A stretch of DNA of 64,000 nucleotides. It comes from a virus (lineage: Duplodnaviria; Heunggongvirae; Uroviricota; Caudoviricetes; Straboviridae). Numbering within the stretch: the first letter of the stretch is position 1; each line of letters starts with the position of its first letter. Shown piece after piece: positions 8,978 to 15,202 of this stretch. The DNA lies in IMG/VR virus record IMGVR_UViG_638277085_000001, positions 163,399 to 227,398 of that record; one strand, written 5' to 3'. The position numbers and the translations under genes were made by a program. The notes beneath the pieces are model-generated. The model was not told where the DNA came from, did no database searches, and was given only the letters and a program-made list of their open reading frames with translations.

Positions 8978-9014
8978 GACCTATCTCCAGTTAATTGAGT
9001 TCATTTGTATTTAG

Positions 9015-9419
9015 TCATGAGAAAATGTGTTTTCGGCTCAACTGCACATCAAATTCATTTTCGAAGCGACAGCGTTCAGTCCCGTAAAGTACATCATCAA
9101 GCGTGAATCGTTTTCGCTTTCGTGTGTGAAGGTTCATATAACGCTCTAGAGCAGTGTCTGAGTCGAATTCAATACGTTCACAACGTCTTTGTTCGGATGT
9201 CTGTGAATAATCGCTTACAGTGCGATACAGAAACAATCCGCGTACCACTACTGCGTTAAGTGTATTTGAACTTTTGATTGTCACGCCGTCAATATTTTCA
9301 TAACGACTCAAGGTAAAGATTATCTCTGAGTCTGGCATTTCAGCGACGCGCTTCATTTTGGATATTGATGTTCGTTTGTTTGATTTGTACATAGTTATCA
9401 CCTCATAATGACTGTACAT
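9015..9419 (-). CDS. Hypothetical protein
   Basis: 134-aa ORF. Confidence 0.4.
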   Translation of the reverse strand: MYSHYEVITMYKSNKRTSISKMKRVAEMPDSEIIFTLSRYENIDGVTIKSSNTLNAVVVRGLFLYRTVSDYSQTSEQRRCERIEFDSDTALERYMNLHTRKRKRFTLDDVLYGTERCRFENEFDVQLSRKHIFS

Positions 9420-9440
9420 GATTTATCATGCGCTATAAAC

Positions 9441-9464
9441 AAAAAAACCTGCTCAAGGCAGGTT
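9441..9464 (-). terminator. Rho-independent terminator on the minus strand (acctgc tcaag gcaggt after an A-run on the plus strand)
   Basis: Hairpin plus T-run when read on the minus strand. It lies downstream (in the minus direction) of the tRNA block. Confidence 0.55.
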
Positions 9465-9738
9465 CTAATGTGCAATACACAGACATTCGAGAATTGTTTT
9501 ATCGTCTTTCCTTAAATCTCAATTGACTATCTCGATGTTTCTCATCAAGAGAATACCCATGATTCGGCATGAGACCTATTTCGTTTAACAGTACGAACAC
9601 CGTCTTAATGGTCATTTCCTACCACGAGAATGCGACAGGCTCACGTCATCACTGAGAAAGCAGCTAGTGCGCCTCATTACTATTAAAGTTTGCTTCTTTG
9701 ATTAGTAATAGTTGCTGTACAATGTCTTATTGCGAATT

Positions 9739-9827
9739 TGGCGGAGATACTGGGAATCGAACCCAGAGAACGCTATTAACGTCCGACACCTTAGCAGGGT
9801 GCTGTCATACCTTTAGACCATATCTCC
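9739..9827 (-). tRNA. tRNA-Ser(GCU), type II with a long variable arm; CCA encoded
   Basis: Hand fold: 7-bp acceptor GGAGATA/TATCTCC, T-arm CTGGG TTCGATT CCCAG, anticodon stem GCACC/GGTGT with loop CTGCTAA. Confidence 0.65.
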
Positions 9828-9833
9828 GTAGAT

Positions 9834-10012
9834 CATTTCTTACCACGCTCTGCTTTGCTAATCTCGACAGCAGCGATTTGCGCGTTGGCTTCTTTCTCAG
9901 TGTCATGAGTACCAAGTACTCGACCTTTAGATGAAAGAGCAACCCATTTGTCGCCACGCTTCTCGACTTTCTCAACAAGCTTGTGATATTCATCAAATGT
10001 TTTAAGTTTCAT
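9834..10012 (-). CDS. Small hypothetical protein (59 aa, MKLKTFDEYHKLVEKVEKRGDKWVALSSKGRVLGTHDTEKEANAQIAAVEISKAERGKK). It is absent from the ORF track because it is under 60 aa.
   Basis: ATG preceded by GAGGGA. A clean ORF lies between tRNA-Ser and the next intergenic region. Confidence 0.5.
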
Positions 10013-10267
10013 GTGTCATCCCTCAGTTAGTTTATTGTATTTATAACTGAACGACTTTTAAACAGTGGCATGCTGCTCCCATGCTCAGACACATATTTGC
10101 TCTTAATGCAGGCGTGTGCCACGCGCAGCGCAGATCCCATTCGATAATTTAATGACCAGCGGGACTCTTAGCAGGTCTACACATAGCCTTTCAGCTATAT
10201 CTTCTTTTAAGACCATAGTGTCGTACGGTCTAATCACTCTCTTTCGATTCGCGTTGCTAAGTGAATT

Positions 10268-10344
10268 TGGTGCCCAACCCGAGATTCGAACTCGGATCAT
10301 CTAGTGTTTGAAACTAGCGCCTCTGCCAATTGGACTAGTTGGGC
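10268..10344 (-). tRNA. tRNA with anticodon CAA (Leu-decoding) but a short 5-nt variable loop (type I); A73; CCA encoded
   Basis: Acceptor GCCCAAC/GTTGGGC is perfect. D-arm is GTCC-AATTGGCAG-AGGC. Anticodon stem CTAGT/ACTAG with loop TTCAAAC. T-arm CCGAG TTCGAAT CTCGG. Confidence 0.55.
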
Positions 10345-10460
10345 TTGAATAAGCTGCCGCAACTCTTTAATCCCTAACGCCTGTCAGCTTTCGCTCGGCT
10401 GAGACCGTTTTTCAACGGCGGTAGTCTAGCTTCGTGTAGAACGCGGCTTATGCTAGAGTT

Positions 10461-10537
10461 TGGTACGCACGGGCGGATTCGAACCGCCATCCCTGAGATT
10501 TTAAGCCTCATGCCTCTGCCAATTGGACCACGTGCGC
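10461..10537 (-). tRNA. tRNA with anticodon UAA (Leu-decoding), type I; A73; CCA encoded
   Basis: Acceptor GCGCACG/CGTGCGT (G1.U72). D-arm nearly identical to that of 10268..10344. Anticodon stem TGAGG/TCTCA, loop CTTAAAA. Confidence 0.55.
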
Positions 10538-10539
10538 AG

Positions 10540-10613
10540 TGGAGCCCGAACAGAGAATCGAACTCTGACCGCGGGATTTGCAATCCCTCATACTTCCATT
10601 ATACGATTCGGGC
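10540..10613 (-). tRNA. tRNA-Cys(GCA); CCA encoded
   Basis: Acceptor GCCCGAA/TTCGGGC. Anticodon loop TTGCAAA. T-arm CAGAG TTCGATT CTCTG. Confidence 0.65.
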
Positions 10614-10716
10614 AATTTGTTAGTGCATTGCATGGACTACTGGCGATCTTAATGGGTATCTCAAGCATTCAGAATTCCCATGCGCTACTACAATGCTTTT
10701 TTCGCTAAATGCACTT

Positions 10717-10793
10717 TGGGGTGACAGACGGGGATCGAACCCGCATCTTCCGGAATCACAACCCGGGGGTATTTCCACTTCACCCACTGCCAC
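10717..10793 (-). tRNA. tRNA-His(GUG); discriminator C73; CCA encoded
   Basis: Acceptor GTGGCAG/CTGTCAC. Anticodon stem CCGGG/TCCGG, loop TTGTGAT. Confidence 0.65.
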
Positions 10794-10847
10794 ACCAAAG
10801 TACACTTTGGGATGTTTACGACATCAAACGAATGCGCTCCCTGTGCA

Positions 10848-11087
10848 TTAATCAGTTTTCTTTAAGTAGATACTATCAGGCGATAGCTCTCTCGTAAACA
10901 TATTTTTGAAATAAATTTCGATGTCATCAGAAGTTGTTGAAGACTCAATTTCAAGAGCACGTTCTAAAATCTTACCGCGTTTATAACCAGCGCGCCAACA
11001 GTCAAACATAAGTCTGTCCATGCGTTTCAGTTTTTCAATTTGGTTTTGATTTACGTATTCGTGAGTTTCAAGTAATACAGGCGTCAT
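10848..11087 (-). CDS. Hypothetical protein
   Basis: 79-aa ORF located between tRNA genes. Confidence 0.4.
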   Translation of the reverse strand: MTPVLLETHEYVNQNQIEKLKRMDRLMFDCWRAGYKRGKILERALEIESSTTSDDIEIYFKNMFTRELSPDSIYLKKTD

Positions 11088-11100
11088 AATTTATTTCTCA

Positions 11101-11174
11101 TCATAAAGAATGGTAGTCCCTAGTGGAATCGAGCCACTTCTTTCTCTGTGTAAAAGAGACGTACTGCCATTATA
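11101..11174 (-). tRNA. tRNA-Val(UAC); CCA encoded
   Basis: Acceptor GGTCCCT/AGGGACT. Anticodon stem TCTCT/AGAGA, loop TTTACAC. The T-loop CTCGATT is slightly atypical. Confidence 0.6.
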
Positions 11175-11179
11175 CTAAG

Positions 11180-11253
11180 GGACCAAAATTGGAGCGGGTA
11201 CACGGACTCGAACCGAGACGAACGACTTGGAAGGACGTCATGCTACCATTACA
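11180..11253 (-). tRNA. tRNA-Gly(UCC); CCA encoded
   Basis: Acceptor GCGGGTA/TACCCGC is perfect. Anticodon loop CTTCCAA. Confidence 0.65.
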
Positions 11254-11267
11254 TCATACCCGCATTG

Positions 11268-11462
11268 TTAATCTGAAGCGTCGAACAAATCACGTATTGC
11301 ACGCAGATTCGTAAGCTCTACAGTAAGTGTTCTTATAAAGAACGGGTTGGTCTCTTTCGCGAGACGATTTTCAACACAGCGAATCTTATCGCGTATGTTG
11401 CCCTTGCTTAGTGTAAAGTAGTCATGCTTCTTATCCTCTTTGCTTGAATTTGGTGGAGACAC
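11268..11462 (-). CDS. Doubtful small ORF (no ATG; it would need a GTG start inside the 3' end of the adjacent tRNA)
   Basis: ORF-track ORF of 64 aa. Its 5' end overlaps tRNA 11451..11526. Confidence 0.2.
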   Translation of the reverse strand: MSPPNSSKEDKKHDYFTLSKGNIRDKIRCVENRLAKETNPFFIRTLTVELTNLRAIRDLFDASD

Positions 11463-11526
11463 CGATACTCGAAATCGGATCTAATGGCTTATGAGACCAT
11501 TGCTCTACCACTTGAGCTACATCTCC
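11451..11526 (-). tRNA. tRNA with anticodon CAU (elongator Met or lysidine-Ile2); CCA encoded
   Basis: Acceptor GGAGATG/TGTCTCC. D-arm GCTC-AAGTGGTA-GAGC. Anticodon stem ATGGT/GCCAT, loop CTCATAA. Confidence 0.6.
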
Positions 11527-12030
11527 AAAATCAGTAATTAACTCATTTAATCGCACACGGGCTGACACCATATATTCATGGTCTGAGCGAGGAACCACAT
11601 AGTGGGTACTATTACCTCATCTTAGTTTTGATTGTTTTACATGACGATAACTAGAAACGTTCATAATAATGCCACGCGATACTTCCTGTATCACGGCTAA
11701 CTGAGTTAGCATATCGTGCCTTGCGGCTGTAGTGTCGTTTCCGACGAATTAAGTACAGACAATACCGAAGTGTTTTTTCGTCTTTGACATGAATCGGAGT
11801 TGACTATCTTGTTATTCACAACAAGCAAATATCGTCTGTTTCAGCGACGCGCCTATCTGACTATTTCTAGACAGAGAGAATCTTTCCTTTCAAGCTGCAC
11901 CGAAGCACCGCCCAGGTTAAGATCATTACCATTTTAAGTAAGATTTTAATTTGTTGCTGTATATTGTCTCTCAAACCATGCTCGTGATATGCCGAAGCAA
12001 GTATCATTCGGCGCATGATAGAGCTTAATT

Positions 12031-12106
12031 TGGCATCCCCAGAGGGATTCGAACCCACAACCCACGACTTAGAAGGTCGTTGCTCTTCCAATTGAGCTAT
12101 GAGGAC
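12031..12106 (-). tRNA. tRNA-Arg(UCU); CCA encoded
   Basis: Anticodon stem ACGAC/GTCGT, loop CTTCTAA. T-arm GTGGG TTCGAAT CCCTC. Confidence 0.6.
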
Positions 12107-12182
12107 GTTGAAAGTATTCGATCCATGAGCTATTGCGCAGACGATGGTAGTAAAGAGACTCTGCACTCATGTGATCGAAATT

Positions 12183-12258
12183 TGGTGGACACGCAGGGAG
12201 TCGAACCCTATCTTCCTCATTGCAAGTGAGGCGCTTTCCCAATTAAGCTAACGGCCCA
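12183..12258 (-). tRNA. tRNA-Ala(UGC)-like with G3.U70 present but the lower three acceptor pairs mismatched (possible pseudo-tRNA)
   Basis: D-arm GCTT-AATTGGGA-AAGC. Anticodon stem CCTCA/TGAGG, loop CTTGCAA. T-arm TAGGG TTCGACT CCCTG. The 5' end GGGCCGT versus 3' end CGTGTCC pairs only at positions 1-4. Confidence 0.45.
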
Positions 12259-12268
12259 ATGTTCGTTT

Positions 12269-12480
12269 TTACAACTGTGTGATTGAGATATGATCCCAGC
12301 CGTATAAACCTTCAAGTTCTTCAATAGGCTCACAAACAATGTCAGAAATATATTCAGCAACTTTTGCTTCAATTTCTTCATCAGATAGCTTTTCATCAAT
12401 TGCAAAAGCATCTTCATTATTGTTGCCACCGAAATAGCCACCAATGTCATATTCACACCATACTGAAATATAGTTCATGT
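12269..12480 (-). CDS. Hypothetical acidic small protein (start placed at MNYISVW; the ORF track extends it into the tRNA)
   Basis: 70-aa ORF. The longer track version overlaps tRNA-Thr. Confidence 0.35.
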
Positions 12481-12502
12481 TATTCTCACAGTTGTTTGAA
12501 AA

Positions 12503-12578
12503 TGGTGCCCTGACACGGATTTGAACCGCGAACCTGCTCATTACAAGTGAGCTGCACTGCCAATTGTGCTATCAGGGC
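12503..12578 (-). tRNA. tRNA-Thr(UGU); CCA encoded
   Basis: Acceptor GCCCTGA/TCAGGGC is perfect. Anticodon stem GCTCA/TGAGC, loop CTTGTAA. Confidence 0.65.
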
Positions 12579-12706
12579 GTTACTGAGTGTTATTACTTGC
12601 GTCGTCCAGACCAGAGATACCAACTCTGAAAGGGAATCGAACCCCAAACATTTCTTTTCGTAAGAAGAATATTAGTAATTGTTTGCTGAAAACACTCTTC
12701 GGTATT

Positions 12707-12780
12707 TGGCAGGGGATAACGGATTCGAACCGGTACTGCGTGAGTCAAAGTCACGTATGCTGCCTTTACATCAATCCCCT
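12707..12780 (-). tRNA. tRNA-Gln(UUG); CCA encoded
   Basis: Acceptor AGGGGAT/ATCCCCT. Anticodon stem CGTGA/TCACG, loop CTTTGAC. Confidence 0.6.
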
Positions 12781-12799
12781 ATTATTCTTAAATTATCTT

Positions 12800-12875
12800 T
12801 GGCGGAACCGACGGGTTTCGAACCCGCTACCTTCTCCGTGACAGGGAGACATGCAACCACTTACACCTCGGCTCC
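12800..12875 (-). tRNA. tRNA-Asp(GUC); CCA encoded
   Basis: Acceptor GGAGCCG/CGGTTCC. Anticodon stem TCTCC/GGAGA, loop CTGTCAC. Confidence 0.6.
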
Positions 12876-13097
12876 CCAAAGACAACTTAACGTTGCTTTG
12901 TGCTCGTGCAAACCAAACACTAGCTGAACGACTTCTTGATTTCTTAGTTGTACTACACATTCCCTCGCTAAAGGGCGTCATCGTTCTTGTTTTTAACAAA
13001 TGCTATGAAAGTGAGATCTTGCTATGCAGGAGGTTTCAAATCTCTGCACACAAGCAGACATCGCAACCAACGCTCTCAAACATTGTCATGGTCAAAC

Positions 13098-13173
13098 TGG
13101 CGCCTTATGTTGGACTCGAACCAACGACTCTCTGGTTAACAGCCAGACACTCTACCGACTGAGTTAATAAGGC
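13098..13173 (-). tRNA. tRNA-Asn(GUU), copy 1; CCA encoded
   Basis: Acceptor GCCTTAT/ATAAGGC. Anticodon stem TCTGG/CCAGA, loop CTGTTAA. Confidence 0.6.
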
Positions 13174-13179
13174 AAAATA

Positions 13180-13254
13180 TGGCGGGCGTGGAGAATTTCG
13201 AAATCTCGACCTGACGGTTAACAGCCGTCTGCTCTGCCTCTGAGCTACACACCC
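13180..13254 (-). tRNA. tRNA-Asn(GUU), copy 2 (divergent sequence; atypical palindromic T-arm with a 53-61 mismatch); CCA encoded
   Basis: Acceptor GGGTGTG/CACGCCC. Anticodon stem GACGG/CCGTC, loop CTGTTAA. T-arm GAGAT TTCGAAA TTCTC. Confidence 0.5.
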
Positions 13255-13332
13255 TTTAAATTAAACAGCAATCCTTTTCTCTTTTTCCAAATAAAAGTTT
13301 TGTATTGTTTGCTGAAAGATTGCTTAATTCTG

Positions 13333-13527
13333 TTACGACGTAAACTGCTCGACTTTACAAGAGTCAACATCGTCAAACTTTTCGATTCGTTTAGCTAACA
13401 TTTTAGCCTTTCGCTCAATCGAGCGATCTTCGTAACCGAATTCAGATTTGTTATTGTCACAAGCTAATGCGCTCGACTTGACAACAGTCGAATCATTCAT
13501 TACCATCACTAGTCTGTACATAAACAC
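13333..13527 (-). CDS. Hypothetical protein
   Basis: 64-aa ORF between tRNA genes. Confidence 0.35.
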   Translation of the reverse strand: MFMYRLVMVMNDSTVVKSSALACDNNKSEFGYEDRSIERKAKMLAKRIEKFDDVDSCKVEQFTS

Positions 13528-13536
13528 CTCTGATAA

Positions 13537-13610
13537 TTGGCAGGGACATAGAGATTCGAACTCTAACGAACGGGTTTGGAATCCGTCATGCTGCCGTTAC
13601 ATCATGTCCC
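13537..13610 (-). tRNA. tRNA-Trp(CCA); CCA encoded
   Basis: Acceptor AGGGACA/TGTCCCT is perfect. Anticodon loop TTCCAAA. Confidence 0.6.
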
Positions 13611-13616
13611 TAAAAT

Positions 13617-13690
13617 TTGGTAGCCCCAGACAGACTCGAACTGTCAACGTGCGATTATCGGTCGCGTGTTTTACCGTTAAACTATGGAGC
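13617..13690 (-). tRNA. tRNA-Ile(GAU) (C at position 33 and a C.A at 27-43 in my fold); CCA encoded
   Basis: Acceptor AGCTCCA/TGGGGCT. Anticodon region CGCGA CCGATAA TCGCA. Confidence 0.5.
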
Positions 13691-13755
13691 TAAAGTGAGC
13701 ACATTTCAGTGCTCGTGTTAATCGGTTAAGTGACTAAACTTCCCGGTTAACTAAT

Positions 13756-13854
13756 TGGCGGAAGACTAGGGATTCGAACCCTAACATCACCTCCCGGTGA
13801 CCGACGGTTTTCAAGACCGTTGCCGCTACCCAGAATCTTTCGGCTAAGCCTTCC
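13756..13854 (-). tRNA. tRNA-Ser(UGA), type II, unusually long (96 nt + CCA) with an oversized D-loop
   Basis: Acceptor GGAAGGC/GTCTTCC. Anticodon stem ACGGT/ACCGT, loop CTTGAAA. Variable arm TCACC-GGGA-GGTGA. Confidence 0.5.
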
Positions 13855-13861
13855 ATTAATT

Positions 13862-13937
13862 TGGTAGCGAGTGCCAGAATCGAACTGACCTAAACTAGCT
13901 TATGAGACTAGTGAGTTCACCAGAACTCTAACTCGCA
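13862..13937 (-). tRNA. tRNA with anticodon CAU (Met/Ile2 candidate) and an unpaired 1-72 (U.U); CCA encoded
   Basis: D-arm GAGT-TCTGGTGA-ACTC. Anticodon stem CTAGT/GCTAG, loop CTCATAA. Confidence 0.55.
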
Positions 13938-14038
13938 ATTATTCAACAGCTTGCGTTCTTTGGTCTGTTTATCGCTGTCTGAACTGAGTTCGCCGAGCGA
14001 TCAATAGATTAAGTTGAATTGCAGTATGCAAGCTAAAT

Positions 14039-14124
14039 TTGGTGGAGCGTAGAGGAATCGAACCTCTCTTCCCATTACGGGACACGGATTTACAGTCCGC
14101 TGCCGCACCTTGCGGCTTACGCTC
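14039..14124 (-). tRNA. tRNA-Tyr(GUA), type II; CCA encoded
   Basis: Acceptor GGAGCGT/ACGCTCC is perfect. Anticodon loop CTGTAAA. Variable stem TCCC/GGGA. Confidence 0.65.
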
Positions 14125-14130
14125 CAGAAT

Positions 14131-14205
14131 TTGGTACTCGATACGGGAGTCGAACCCGTCCTACTTCCTTGAAAGGGAAGTGACCTACCGATAGTCGAAT
14201 CGAGC
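14131..14205 (-). tRNA. tRNA-Glu(UUC); CCA encoded
   Basis: Anticodon stem CTTCC/GGAAG, loop CTTTCAA. D-stem is 3 bp. Confidence 0.55.
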
Positions 14206-14269
14206 ATTAAATTGTATATTGATTTGCAAGCTAATCAACTCGCAAAGCGATACACAATGTATCTAATTT

Positions 14270-14346
14270 GGTACGCCGCCCTGGACTCGAACCAGACACC
14301 TGAGAGTTAAAAGCTCCCTGCTCTTCCATGATGAGCTACCGACGCA
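14270..14346 (-). tRNA. tRNA-Lys(UUU), copy 1; CCA encoded
   Basis: D-arm GCTC-ATCATGGAA-GAGC. Anticodon stem GGGAG/CTCTC, loop CTTTTAA. G.G at 7-66. Confidence 0.55.
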
Positions 14347-14354
14347 TTATAAAA

Positions 14355-14429
14355 TCTGGTGGGTCGCAAGAGATTCGAACTCTCACCGTTCTGGTTAAAA
14401 GCCAGATGTACTACCGTTATACGAACGAC
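14355..14429 (-). tRNA. tRNA-Lys(UUU), copy 2 (divergent); CCA encoded
   Basis: Acceptor GGGTCGT/GCGACCC. Anticodon stem TCTGG/CCAGA, loop CTTTTAA. Confidence 0.6.
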
Positions 14430-14435
14430 CCAGAA

Positions 14436-14510
14436 TGTGGTGCACCCCCTCGGAATCGAACCGAGCACTGCGGGACTTCAATCCGCCGCTTTTCCTGATA
14501 AGCTAAGGGT
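14436..14510 (-). tRNA. tRNA-Phe(GAA); CCA encoded
   Basis: Acceptor GCACCCT/GGGGTGC. Anticodon loop TTGAAGT. Confidence 0.6.
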
Positions 14511-14511
14511 G

Positions 14512-14589
14512 CATGGTACGCAAGAAGAGATTCGAACTCTTAACTTCTGGTTTCTAAGACCAGTGCCTCTGCCAGATTGGGCTACTTGC
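14512..14589 (-). tRNA. tRNA with anticodon UAG (Leu-decoding), type I with a short variable loop; A73; CCA encoded
   Basis: Acceptor GCGCAAG/CTTGCGT. D-arm GCCC-AATCTGGCAG-AGGC. Anticodon stem CTGGT/ACCAG, loop CTTAGAA. Confidence 0.55.
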
Positions 14590-14624
14590 GCATTGTTTGT
14601 TTTTGAACGTTACTTCGTTCTTCT

Positions 14625-14660
14625 TCATTGTACATGATGTTTATATCGTTGTAAACATCT
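14625..14660 (-). promoter_or_regulatory. T4-early-like sigma70 promoter (minus strand: A-rich UP, -35 GTTTAC, 18-nt spacer, -10 TACAAT), copy 1 of a tandem pair
   Basis: The reverse complement reads aaaaaagatGTTTACaacgatataaacatcatgTACAATgaag. It sits immediately upstream (minus orientation) of the tRNA block starting at 14589. Confidence 0.5.
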
Positions 14661-14709
14661 TTTTTGAAAAACTTTTCATTAACTTTTGAATGATATTTCG
14701 CTTTTCTCT

Positions 14710-14745
14710 ATTGTACATGATGTTTATATCGTTGTAAACATCTTT
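14710..14745 (-). promoter_or_regulatory. T4-early-like promoter, copy 2 (35/36 identical to copy 1)
   Basis: Same GTTTAC-N18-TACAAT arrangement. The two copies form a direct repeat 80 bp apart. Confidence 0.5.
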
Positions 14746-14903
14746 TTAAATTTATTTTGAAGAACTTAACGTTTTCATTTTTCTATGTGTTAATCTTAAC
14801 ACTCGCTCAAGACATCTTAAACACTAATTTGTGAAAAAGTTCGTTAAATTCTATCATCACGACAGTACTTAACGAGATACGGTCCTAAGCGTATCAAATT
14901 AAT

Positions 14904-15028
14904 TCAGAATGGTGAGACTTGAACTCACTTCGAGTAATAGCGTAAACTAACAGTTGTTGCCAGAGGCTATCAATTATTCTCTACCGAGTATGTTGCAACT
15001 CTGCATTTCCCCATTTCTAGGCATTCTG
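14904..15028 (-). ncRNA. 125-nt tRNA-like element. The termini form a perfect 7-bp acceptor-like helix (CAGAATG/CATTCTG) stacked on a T-arm (GTGAG TTCAAGT CTCAC), with a roughly 90-nt non-cloverleaf body.
   Basis: Acceptor and T-arm complementarity seen directly. There is no D or anticodon arm and no encoded CCA. Confidence 0.35.
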
Positions 15029-15033
15029 AAATA

Positions 15034-15109
15034 TGGCACCCCACAGAAGATTCGAACTTCTAACCTGCGCCTTCGTAGGACGCTGCTCTTCCAATTGAGC
15101 TAGTAGGGC
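15034..15109 (-). tRNA. tRNA-Arg(ACG); CCA encoded
   Basis: D-arm GCTC-AATTGGAA-GAGC. Anticodon stem GCGTC/GGCGC, loop CTACGAA. Confidence 0.6.
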
Positions 15110-15116
15110 ATTAAAC

Positions 15117-15193
15117 TGGTCCGTGACAAGCGATTCGAACGCTTAACTTCTCCGCCCCAAACGGAGTACTCTACCAGATTGAGCTAGTCACGG
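15117..15193 (-). tRNA. tRNA-Pro(UGG), copy 1 (C1-G72); CCA encoded
   Basis: Acceptor CCGTGAC/GTCACGG is perfect. Anticodon stem CTCCG/CGGAG, loop TTTGGGG. Confidence 0.65.
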
Positions 15194-15202
15194 ATTTTAA
15201 AT

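Noticed and set aside
10103-10304. Overlapping plus and minus ORFs of 62-65 aa.
   Set aside because: They are mutually antisense and overlap the 3' end of tRNA 10268..10344. No RBS is present. They sit in a gap that is more likely non-coding or ncRNA.
10374-10897. ORF-track ORFs 10374..10583, 10523..10708, 10620..10805 and 10709..10897.
   Set aside because: Each overlaps one or more well-folded tRNA genes (Leu-UAA, Cys, His).
11867-12166. Minus-strand ORF of 99 aa.
   Set aside because: It overlaps tRNA-Arg(UCU) at 12031..12106.
12601-12700. T-arm-like motif aaagggaatcgaacccca.
   Set aside because: Only a 3-4-bp T-stem is present and no complementary acceptor strand lies within 130 nt, so it was not called as a tRNA.
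12587-13162. ORFs 12587..12841, 12679..12927, 12793..12999 and 12851..13162.
   Set aside because: All read through tRNA-Gln, tRNA-Asp or tRNA-Asn.
13448-14637. Plus-strand ORFs 13448..13693 and 14359..14637 and minus-strand ORF 14001..14207.
   Set aside because: They overlap tRNA-Trp/Ile, tRNA-Lys/Phe/Leu and tRNA-Tyr/Glu respectively.
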